Positions 53,421 through 64,000 of a stretch of DNA of 64,000 nucleotides are shown here, piece after piece. A program made the translations under genes and the position numbers. The notes under the pieces are model-generated. The model saw only the letters and a list, made by a program, of their open reading frames with translations, was not told where the DNA came from and made no database searches. Positions within the stretch are counted from its first letter, which is position 1; every line of letters starts with the position of its first letter. The stretch comes from Phyllobates terribilis (lineage: Eukaryota): assembly GCF_046119375.1 (NCBI RefSeq), contig NW_027362817.1, positions 3,658,001-3,722,000 of the forward strand, read 5' to 3'.

Positions 53421-56400
53421 GATGGAGGATGTTAACAGAATTGGGGGACATTACCCCAATACCAGTGTCAGCAGCAGACTCCCTCCCCTATAACAGTAAA
53501 ATAGTAACATAGTTTTTAAAATTGAAGGAAGACTAAATCCATCTAGTTCAACCCATAGCCTAACATGTTGATCCAGAGGAAGGCAAAAAAAAACCCATGT
53601 GGCAAACGCTAAGCTTCACATTGGGGAAAAAAATTCCTTCCCGACTCCATACGACAATCAGACTAGTTCCCTGGATCAACGCCCTATCAAGGAATCTAGT
53701 ATATATAACCTGTAATAGTATACTTTTCAAACAAGGCATCCATGCCCTTCTTAAATTTTAGTAGTGAATCACTCATTACGACATCATGCGGCAAAGAGTT
53801 CCATAGTCTCACTGCTCTTACAGTAAAGAATCCGCGTCTGTGATTATGATTAAACCTTCTTTCCTCCAGACATAGAAGATGCCCCCGTCTCAGGCCTCAG
53901 AGTAAAAAGATCAGTAGAACGGTCTTTGTACTGTCCCCTCATATACTTGTACATGGTAATAAGATCACCCCTAAGCCTTTGTTTTTCCTAAGTAAATAAC
54001 CCCAAGTGTAATACCCTGTCTTGGTATTGCAGACCCCCCAGTCCTCTAATAACCTTGGTCGCTCTTCTCTGCACCCGCTCTAGTTCAGCTATGTCTTTCT
54101 TATACACTGGAGAACCAGAACTGTACATAGTATTCTAAGTGTGGTCGCACTGGTGACTTGTATAGAGGTAAAATTATGTTCTCCTCATGAGCATCTATGC
54201 CACTTTTAATGCATCCCATTATTTTATTTGCCTTTGCAGCAGCAGCCTGACACTGGCCACCAAACGTGAGCTTGTCGTCCACCAATACACCCAGGTCTTT
54301 TTCAGTTACAGTTTTGCCAGTGTTTTACAATGAAGCATATAATTATACATTTTGCTTCCTCTACCCAAGTGCATTACCTTACATTTATCCCCATTAAAGC
54401 TCATTTGCCATTTATCAGCCCAAGCTTCTAGTTTACATAGATCCTCCTGTAATATAAAATTGTCCTCCTCTGTATTGATTACCCTGCAGTGTTTAGTGTC
54501 ATCTGCAAATATTGAAATATTACTCTGTATGCCCCCTACAAGGTCATTAATAAATGTTAAAAAGAAGCTGGCCCAATACTGACCCCTGTGGTACCCCACT
54601 GTTAACTGAGACCCAGTCTGAGTGTTTTCCATTAATAACCACCCTTTGTTTCCTATCACTGAGACAATTCTTAACCCACATACATATATGTTCCCCTATC
54701 CCCATTGTTCTTATTTTATGTATCAACCTTTTGTGTGGAACCGTATCAAAAGCTTTTGAAAAGTCCATATACACAACATCCACTGCATTTCCTTGGTCCA
54801 GTCCGGAACTTGTCTCCTCATAAAAGCTGATCAGATTAGTTTGACAGGAATGGTCCCTCGTAAACCCATGTTGATATTGGGTCATGAGGTTATTCTTCTT
54901 TAGATACTCTAGTATAGCATCTGTTAGGAAACCCTCCAGGATTTTAACCACAGTAGAGGTTAAGCTTACTGGCCTATAATTTCCAAGTTCAGTTTTTGTC
55001 CCCTTTTTGAATATTGGCACCACATTTGCTATACGCCAGACCTGTGGTACAGACCCTGTTATTATGGAATCTTTAAAGATTAAAAATAATGGTCTATCTA
55101 TGACGTTACTTAATTCCTGCAGTACTCTCGGGTGTATCCCATCCAGCCCAGGGATTTGTCAACTTTAGTGATTTTTAGACGCTGCCGCACTTCCTGCTGG
55201 GTTAAGCAAGTGACATTTAATGGAGAATTTTTGTCATCACTAATTACGTTTTCTGTCATGCACTTTTCTTGTCTAAATACGGTTGAAAAAAATTAATTTA
55301 GCATATTGGCTTTTTCCTCATCCTCATCCACCATTTCACCCAGACTATTTTAAGGGGGCCAACACTATCATTTTTTAGTTTTTTACTATTTATGTAGTTA
55401 AAGAATATTTTGGGATTATTTTTACTTTCTCTGGCAATGAGTCTCTGTCTCAATCTTTGCTGCCTTGATTTGTTTTTTTACAGAATTTATTTAATTTTCT
55501 GTATTTATTGAATGCCTCATCACTACCTACTTGCTTTAGTTCTCTAAATGATTTTTTTTGTCACTTATTGCGCCTCTTACAGCTTTATTTAGCCATAGTG
55601 GTTTCCTCCTATTTCTAGCATGTTTATTCCCATAGGGTATATATTGTGCACAGGTCCTATTCAGGATGCTAATAAATGTCTCCCATTTGCTTTGTGTAGT
55701 TTTATGTCTCAGGATATTGTCCCAGTTTATTGCACTAAGATCATCTCTCAACCATTGGAAATTTACCTTCCTGAAGTTTAGTGTCCTTGTAACCCCTCTA
55801 CTACACATCTTATTAAAGGATACATGAAAACATATTTTTTGTGATCACTATTACCCAAGTGACCCCCAACTCGTATACTTGATATGCGGTCTGGCCTGTT
55901 GGTTAATATTAGGTCTAGCAGTGCCCCCCTTCTTGTTGGGTCCTGAACCAGTTGTGAAAGGTAATTGTCGCTCATAGTTGTCAAAAACCTCTTACCTTTG
56001 CTTGAACTACAGTTTTCTGTTCCCCAATGTATTTCAGGGTAGTTGAAGTCTCCCATAATAATGACTTCTCCTTGAGTCGCTGCTTCATCTATTTGCTTTA
56101 CGAGGATATTCTCTGCTGCTTCCATTATTTTTGGAGACTTATAACCAACCCCATATCAGTAATTTATTATTTTTTCCCCCTCCCCTTATCTCCACCCACA
56201 GGGACTCTACATTTTCATTAGATTCACATATATTCTCCCACAAGATGGGTTTTAAGGATGATTTTACATATAAACACCCCCCCCCCCCCCCGCGCTTGTT
56301 TGTATGGTTATTTCTGAACAGACTATAGACCTGTAAATTAACTGCCCAGTCATGGCTCTCGTTCAGCCATGTCTCAGACATCCCCACCATGTCATAATTA

Positions 56401-56970
56401 TTTTCCAACAAAATTAATTCTAATTCCTCCATTTTGTTGGTGAGGCTTCTGGCATTAGTGTACATGCATTTTATGTATCTCTCTGTACCTCTATTCCTTC
56501 TTACTATTTTCACTGTTCTAACCCCACACCCAATTTCTTTATTTGTGCCCAGGTCACTTTCTGCACTATGTTCCCCACCCATAAAATTAATACCCTCCCC
56601 TCCAATCCCTAGTTTAAACACTCCTCCAACCTTCTAGCCGTTTTCTCCCCCTGCACAGCTGCACCCTCCCCAATTGAGGTGCAGCCCGTCCCTTGCGTAG
56701 AATCTGTAGCCAACTGAGAAGTCAACCCAGTTCTCCAGGAACCCACACCCTTCCTTCCTACACCAGTTCTTGAGCTACTTTTTTGTCTAGTAATAAGGTA
56801 ACACCAGCTCACCTGAGCAATGACGTCCTGAAGAATAGGTGCGATGAACCATTCACAGTAGTTCCACAGCATAAGGAGAAAGGATTACCAGCTTCATGAA
56901 TAGTTCAAAAAATAGGTTTCTTTATTATGAAAAAAGCTCTTTAAAAGCAGATTCCATAGTCACATAGTAT

Positions 56971-57024
56971 AGCCAGGGCAACGCGTTTCGAACGCTAAAG
57001 ATGCGTTCTATGTCAAGACTGGCT
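56971..57024 (-). ncRNA. Hammerhead-like motif, inverted copy (TTGACAT core)
   Basis: Minus strand AGCCAGTC-TTGACAT-A-GAACGC(ATCTTTA)GCGTTC-GAAAC-GCGTT-GCCCTGGCT. Confidence 0.6.
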
Positions 57025-57063
57025 TGCAAATGGCATACCCATGGTATATAAACCATTATTCAC

Positions 57064-60000
57064 TAGTGTTGAGCATTCCGATACTGAAATATCGGGTATC
57101 GACCGATATTCGCTGTATCGGAGTTCTGATACTGAGTTCCGATACTTTTACAATATTGAATACCGGAATCGGAAGTTCACATAATGCCTGCGCTCTGCAG
57201 TGTCTCTGAAGGATGACAAGCTGGATGGCAGCGCTCAGCTGCGATCCAGCCTGTCATCAGAATGCCATCCCAGCGTGAGAGAATTCTCCTGCTCAAGCGC
57301 TGACATTACATTATCTCCCTTACATTACAATTAAATGGAATAGCAGGAATTAATAATTTTTAAGACGTTAATGCCACAGCCATGGTGGTTGTGGCATTAC
57401 AGTGGTTGTCCAAATTGATGGGAACAGTGCTCACAGTGAAACATGAAAAGCTGGCAATTCATCAGCGGCATACACCGGTACCCGACAATTTAGAACAGAA
57501 AGAATAGAGCTTCACACATAGATTAGATAGATAGAAACATGTCAGTCACATATATAAGAAGTACAGTGACAGTGTTGCTTACTGTACTTGTCATTTAGTG
57601 TAAAGGATTTATTTAAAAAAATAATAGTGTTTTCATGCACCGTTTCTTTAAAAAAGCCGGCCGGCAATTCAGCAGCGGTACCCGACAATTTAGAACAGAA
57701 AGATAGAGCATCACACATAGATTAGATAGATAGAAACATGTCAGTCACATATATAAGAAGTACAGTGATAGTGTTGGTTACTGTACTTGTCATTTAGTGT
57801 TAAAATAAAGGATTTATTAAAAAAAAAAAATTGGCGTGGGGTTCCCCGCAATTTTAGTCTCTAGCGGAGGTTAAGCAGACAGCTGGGGCAGATGTTTGAA
57901 GCCTGGGAAGGGGGTAATACCCATGGAGCTTCCCAGGCTACTAATTTCAGCCCCCAGCTGAATACCTAGCCTTTACTAGCTATTAAAATGGGGGACCCCC
58001 CAAAAAAATGACGTGGGGTCCCCCCTATTTTAATAGCTAGCAAAGGCTAGGCAGACAGCTGGGGGCTGATATTAATAGCCCAGGAAGGGTGCCATGAATA
58101 TTGGCCCCCTCCCAGGCTGGAAACACCAGATGTCAGCCGCCCCAGAAATGTCGCATCCATAGGATGCGCCAATTCTGGCACTTAGCCTCGCTCTTCCCAC
58201 TGCCCTGTAGCGGTGGCAGTGGGGTAATAGGGCTGGGGTTGATGTCAGCTTATAACGCCAGCTGACATCAAGCCCAGGTTAGTAATGGAGAGGCGTCTAT
58301 AAGACACCCCCATTACTAACCCCATAGTCAAAGTTAAAAAAAAAAACACAAACACCCAGAATAAAGTCCTTTAATTGAAATAAACACACAATTCTTTATT
58401 GTTCTAAATTAAACCATACTTACCATCACGCCCACTCCAGCTGAAGCCAACGATCTCCTGCAATAAAAGTAAAATAATAAAGCAACATCATCCTTACCTT
58501 TCCATGGTCCCAGGACGGCTCCAGCTCTGCTACATTCACATGACAGGCTGGACCGCAGCAGAAAGCTGCCATCCAGCTTGCCATGCCGCAGACACTGAGA
58601 AGCTCAGGCATGCTTGCGCTCCTCAGTGTCTGGCTGTGACAGCATCCAGATGAGCCGACAATGAACTCAGCTCACCTCATGCACATCACTGACAGCGTGA
58701 GAGAATTCTCCTGCTGAAGTTCAGAGCGCAGGAGAATTTTCCCACGCTGTCAGTGACGTGCATGAGGTGAGCCGAGTTCATTGGACATGACCTCGGCTCA
58801 TCTGGATGCCGTCACAGCCTGACACTGAGGAGCGCAAGCAAGCCTGCGCTTCTCAGTGTATGCGGGATGACAGGCTGGATGGCAGCTTTCTGCTGCGGTC
58901 CAGCCTGTCATCTCGATGTAGCAGAGCTGGAGCTGTCCTGGGAACCATCGAAAGGTAAGGATGATGTTGCTTTATTATTTTTCTTTTATTGCAGGAGATC
59001 ATTGGCTTCAGCTAGAATGGGCGTGATGGTAAGTATGGTTTAATTTAGAACAATAAAGAATTGTGTGTGTATTTCAATTAAAGGACTTTATTCTGGGTGT
59101 TGTGTTTTTTTTAAATACTTTACTAGAAATTCATGGCGGTCATGTCTAATATTGGCGTGACCCCATGAATTTCGGGCTTAGGGCCAACTGATAATGCCAA
59201 GCTGGCCCTAACCCCTTTATTACCCAGTGAGCCACCGCACCAGGGCCCTGGATGAGTTGGGTATAGCGCCAGAAGATGGCGCTTTTATGAACGCGCCATT
59301 TTCCGGGGTGGCTGCGGACTGCAATTTGCAGCGGGTGGGGGGGGGGGGGGGGGCAGAAAGCTTGGGCCTCCCTGCGCTGCGGATTCCAGCCCCCAGCTGC
59401 CTAGTTGTACCTGGCTGGACACAAAAATAGGGCGAAGCCCCACGTATTTTTTTTTTAATTATTTCATGAAATTCATGAAATAATTTAAAAAAAATTGACG
59501 TGGGGCTTCGCACTATATTTGTGTCCAGCCAGGTACAGCAGGCAGGAACGGGCTGCCCCCAACCACCAGCTGACTATTTGTACCTGGTTGGACACAACAA
59601 TATAGGGAAGCCCTTTTTTTCTTAATTATTTCATGAATTTCATGAAATAATTTAAAAAAAAAATACGTGGGGCTTCGCCCTATTTTTAAGTCCAGCCAGG
59701 TACAACTAGGCAGCTGGGGGCTGGAATCCGCAGCGCAGGGAGGCCCAAGCTTTCTGCCCCCCCCCCCCACGCTGCAAATTGCAGTCCGCAGCCACCCCGG
59801 AAAATGGCGCGTTCATAGAAGCGCCGTCTTCTGGCTCTGTACCCAACTCATCCAGGGCCCTGGTGCAGTGGCTCACTGGGTAATAAAGGGGTTAGGGCCA
59901 GCTTGGCATTATCAGCTGGCCCTAAGCTCGAAATTCATGGGGTCATGCCAATATTAGACATGACCGCCATGAATTTCTAGTAAAGTATTTAAAAAAAACA

Positions 60001-61603
60001 CAACACCCAGAAAAAAGTCCTTTAATTGAAATAAACACACAATTTTTTAATGTTCTAAATTAAACCATACTTACCATCACGCCCATTCCAGCTGAAGCCA
60101 ACGATCTCCTGCAATAAAAGAAAAATAATAAAGCAACATCATCCTTACCTTTCGATGGTTCCCAGGACAGCTCCAGCTCTGCTACATCGAGATGACAGGC
60201 TAGACCGCAGCAGAAAGCTGCCATCCAGCCTGTAATCCCGCAGACACTGAGCAGCGCAGGCTTGCTTGCGCTCCTCAGTGTCAGGCTGTGACGGCATCCA
60301 GATGAGCCGAGGTCATGTCCAATGAACTCAGCTCACCTTATGCACGTCACTGACAGCGTGGGAAAATTCGTTGGCTTCAGCAGGAATGGGTGTGATGGTA
60401 AGTATGGTTTAATTTAGAATAAAGAATTGTGTGTTTATTTCAATTAAAGGACTTTATTCTGGGTGTTTGTGTTTTTTTTTAACTTTGACTATGGGGTTAG
60501 TAATGGGGGTGTCTTATAGACCCCTCTCCATTACTAACCTGGGCTTGATGTCAGCTGGCATTATAAGCATCAACCCCAGCCCTATTACCCCACTGCCACC
60601 GCTACAGGGCAGTGGGAAGAGCGAGGCTAAGTGCCAGAATTGGCGCATCCAGCGGCTGACGGCTGGTGTTTCTAGCCTAGGAGGGGGCCAATATTAATGG
60701 CACCCTTCCTGGGCTATTAATATCAGCCCCCAGCTGTCTGCCTAGCCTTTGCTAGCTATTAAAATAGGGGGGACCCCAAGTCATTTTTTTGGGGGGTCCC
60801 CCATTTTAATAGCTAGTAAAGGCTAGGTATTCAGCTGGGAGCTGATATTAGTAGCCTGGGAAGCTCCATGGATATTATCCCATTCCCAGGCTTCAAACAT
60901 CTGCCCCAGCCGCCTGCTTAACCTCCGCTAGAGACTAAAATTACGGGGAACCCCACGCCAATTTTTTTTAACAAATCCTTTATTTTAACACTAAATGACA
61001 AGTACAGTAATCAACACTATCACTGTACTTCTTATATATGTGACTGACATGTTTCTATCTATCTAATCTATGTGTGATGCTCTATCTTTCTGTTCTAAAT
61101 TGTCGGGTACCGCTGCTGAATTGCCGGCCAGCTTTTTTAAAGAGACGGTGCATGAAAGCACTATTTTTTTTAAAAATAAATCCTTTACACTAAATGACAA
61201 GTATAGTAACCAACACTGTCACTGTACTTCTTATATATGTGACTGACATGTTTCTATCTATCTAATCTATGTGTGAAGCTCTATTCTTTCTGTTCTAAAT
61301 TGTCGGGTACCGGTGTATGCCGCTGATGAATTGCTAGCTTTTCATGTTTCACTGTGAGCACTGTTCCCATCAATTTGGGCAACCACCTCCCCCAATACAT
61401 TCTACATTATTGTTAGTTATTTTCCTTCATGTAGAATTAAACTACAAGGAAAGAAAGGGTTTTTTTTTCATTCCGATTTGTGTCCCATTGTCTTGCATTG
61501 GTTTCCGGTATCGGAATCGGCGATATCCGATACTTTTTTGAGTATCGGCCCGATCTAATCCGATCTGATATTTCCTGATATCGGAAGGTATCGCTCAACA
61601 CTA
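57064..61603. mobile_element. Non-autonomous hAT-type foldback element (4540 bp) with a multi-level palindromic interior
   Basis: TTATTCAC|TAGTGTTGAGC...GCTCAACACTA|TTATTCAC (perfect 8-bp TSD, Ac-like TAG-start TIR). Subterminal CCGATA/TATCGG repeats. Arms about 57402-59536 and 59579-61387. Confidence 0.9.
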
Positions 61604-62350
61604 TTATTCACCTATCGCATACAAAATGGAAGTCACATGTTGCATAAATTAGCATACAGAAATATAAAACCAATTTGCAGAGTATATGCATTGTAAAAAC
61701 AATCACATGACAAAGAAGAAATCACATATGCATAGAAAAGTTACTCGCTGTAATGGGACAGTAGTTCCCTCCATAAATTTAGTCCATTTGGTTGGCAAGT
61801 GTTCAGATGATACATCCAAAATGCTTCTCGATCAAGTAGGCGTCTCCTATTATCCCCGTCCCGAGGATCAAAGTAAGTTTTTCAATGCCAAAGATGCACC
61901 ATAAGAAAACTAAAACAGCGAGTGGCAGAACATCTTTCTGATATTTTTAATGTTACTAATCATAACATTTCTTGTGCCGCCAGACATTTTATTGAGCAGC
62001 ATAATAGAGAGACATCCTTATTTCAGGTCTTTGGCATTGAAAAACTTACCTTTGATCCTCGGGACGGGGATAATAGGAGACGCCTACTTGATCGAGAAGC
62101 ATTTTGGATGTATCATCTGAACACTTGCCAACCAAATGTACTAAATTTATGGAGGGAACTACTGTTCCATTACAGCGAGTAACTTTTCTATGCATATGTG
62201 ATTTCTTCTTTGTCATGTGATTGTTTTTACTATGCATATACTCTGCAAATTGGTTTTATATTTCTGTATGCTAATTTATGCATCATGTGACTTCCATTTT
62301 GTATGCGATTGGTGAACAATGGTTTATATACCATGGGTAGGCCATTTGCA

Positions 62351-62404
62351 AGCCAGTCTTGACAAAGAACGCATCTTTAGCGTTCGAAACGTGTTGCCCT
62401 GGCT
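62351..62404 (+). ncRNA. Hammerhead-like motif (TTGACAA core, U3-A8 variant)
   Basis: AGCCAGTC-TTGACAA-A-GAACGC(ATCTTTA)GCGTTC-GAAAC-GTGTT-GCCCTGGCT; 6-bp stem II; AGCCAG pairs with CTGGCT. Confidence 0.65.
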
Positions 62405-63902
62405 ATACTATGTGACTATGGAATCTGTTTTTAAAGAGCTTTTTTCATAATAAAGAAACCTATGTTTTGAACTATTCATGAAGCTGGTAATCCTTTCTCC
62501 TTATGCTGTGGAGCTACCTTTTTGTCTCCCTAATCTCCCGTTGCCTCTCTGGCGTGGCACATGGTACAGGTAATATTTCAGAGAATACCACCTTGGAGGT
62601 CCTTGATTTAAGCTTGCAGCCTCATTCTCTGAAATCATCTTTAAGGACCTTCCACCTACCTCTAACTTTGTCATCTGTGCCAATGTGCACCATGACCAGC
62701 CCCTCCCAGTAATCTGTCACCCCGATCAGCGATATGCCTGACTCGGGCGCCAGGTAGGCAGCACACTGTTCGACGATCCCTGTCTTTGTGACAGATTGCC
62801 CTATCTGTTCCCCTAATAATTGAGTCCCCCACTACCAGCACCTGCCTGGCCTGCCCTGCTCTCCTATTTCCCCCCTTACTGGAGCTGACACTCCTCCGGC
62901 TTTCAGAGGACATGCCTTGCTGCAGCAGTGCTACCCCTGTACCGACACCCCGCTCATCTGCCAACTTTGCAAACTTATTGGGGTGTGCCAGATCAGGACT
63001 AGCCTCCCTGGCACTCTTCCCTCTACCCCCCCTTCTAACTGTCACCCAGCTAGCTGCCTCACTGTCCTGCAGCTCTCTACTACCACCCTCCCCCACATCT
63101 ACCCCAGTTAGCAGCAGACTCCTTTCCATATTGTCAATGGATCTCAGTGTTGCCAGCTGCTCATTTAGATCCAGTACCTGGGCTTCCAAACGCACAATGT
63201 GCACACATCTCGCACGGCAATATGCAACCCCGACCGGCTGTTCAAGGATTGCATAGTCAATAATGGAGCTGATTTCCTAATGGGGACTGCACTAGACAGA
63301 AATGTTAGGTAAAAAGAAATGTAAAGAATTAATAAAATACAGACAGCAATTCAGTTCAAATTCCTCCCTTCCAAACTCCCTGAATCCAAAGTCACTGAAC
63401 AACAAGTCACACACTTACTTCCGTTTGCACTTACACTATGGCCACGCTCATCTCGGTCACACTCGCTAAGGAAGAAGATTTAAAGAGGTATTTTTTTTAT
63501 TTTTTTTCCCTTTTAGCAGCAATACACCCTACAGCTCAATGCACTTCCAAAGAACTGGATGCCCCAACTAGCTGCCCCTTATAAACCCTTAATTATGACC
63601 CCTCACCCTTAATTAACCCCTTGTGAGTATAGCTACACCTCAGGATTTAATTGAAATGTAGTTAACCCTTAAATACACAGGTAGTAAAATAAGAGACTCT
63701 GTAGAGAGAAAATAGGTGTTAAAAAGCCCAATAAAACTAAACAGGTAGAAAGGCACTCAGCAGTTCAGAATTCAACAACTCGCAGCAATTCACACAGGTA
63801 TTTTCTGCAGGATTCCCAAATACCTCTTCACTGAACAACAAGTCACATACTTACTTCCGTTTGCACCTACACTCCGATCACACTCGCTAAGGAAGAAGCT
63901 TT

Positions 63903-64000
63903 ATGTAGCGTCGGCGTCCCTGCCTCCTGTTAGGCAGGGACGCTGTTCCCCTCACCTCTCCACTCTGTGCCCGGCGTCTTCCTCCCGCTCTGCTGGCAGC
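63903..64000. mobile_element. Start of another LTR of the 24346-25451 family (opposite orientation), runs off window
   Basis: TGTAGCGTCGGCGTCCCTGCC... is the reverse complement of 25355-25451. Confidence 0.8.

Larger units (their letters stand above)
56789..62510 (+). mobile_element. Penelope-like element P4: heavily 5'-truncated GIY-YIG 3' end with inverted duplicate, interrupted by a hAT foldback element
   Basis: 61894-62182 encodes RKLKQRVAEH...QVFGIEK...LLDREAFWMYHL. 62029-62517 is the inverted copy of 56858-57063 plus 61612-61893. 17-bp TSD GAGCTAC(T/C)TTTTTGTCT at 56772-56788/62511-62527. Confidence 0.88.
53501..63900 (-). mobile_element. CR1 LINE, near full length, degenerate, split by the P4/hAT insertion at 56789-62510
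   Basis: ORF1 with SGNH esterase motif VVGDSIIRG (63204-62671; continues at 56790-56609, DGLHLN). ORF2 with APE (CMYTNARSL, SETW, IMGDFNYP, SDH) and RT (MDFSKAFDTV, SGVPQGSVLG, FADDTK). 3' end GGTTGAACTAGATGG...CTATGTTACTAT at 53501. 5' UTR repeats 63390-63480/63830-63900; 5' boundary approximate. Confidence 0.93.

Noticed and set aside
52513-53451. Repetitive ORFs (GVPCIPGWG / HTRMG)
   Set aside because: Translations of the 32-bp minisatellite.
22800-64000. A second host protein-coding gene upstream of UBXN11
   Set aside because: Every sizeable ORF I examined is explained by transposons or repeats; small exons could still be missed without homology searches.

Overview
Transposon-dense vertebrate DNA. 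The TE repertoire (TTAA/T2-type MITEs, Tc1 elements, DIRS, Penelope-like elements, CR1, Gmr1-type Gypsy) points to an anuran amphibian; this is inference. One host gene is present. UBXN11 (Socius; coiled-coil/SEP/UBX protein) lies on the minus strand, and I can reconstruct nine coding exons in continuous frame (ATG at 22690 to exon 9 ending at 4941). It has a CpG-rich promoter with RFX X-box, YY1 and ETS-like motifs. I could not find the remaining 3' exons inside the window. Most of the rest is nested mobile DNA: four Tc1 copies plus one isolated Tc1 end, two Gmr1-like Gypsy fragments, several solo LTRs (three with clean TSDs), one DIRS element with ITRs and ICR, four Penelope-like elements carrying hammerhead-ribozyme-like motifs, three copies of a multi-kb non-autonomous piggyBac-like element carrying telomere-like repeats, a near full-length CR1, and a 4.5-kb hAT-type foldback element built as palindromes within a palindrome. 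I found no prokaryotic-type system such as a CRISPR array. The most unusual signals are: (i) four different hammerhead cores in four PLE families, including apparent 3-8 base-pair covariation; (ii) the multi-level 4-kb palindrome; (iii) TE-borne TTAGGG-like arrays that expand independently in each copy; (iv) unusual 5' architecture of UBXN11. Exon coordinates were counted by hand at splice sites; many TE boundaries are approximate.
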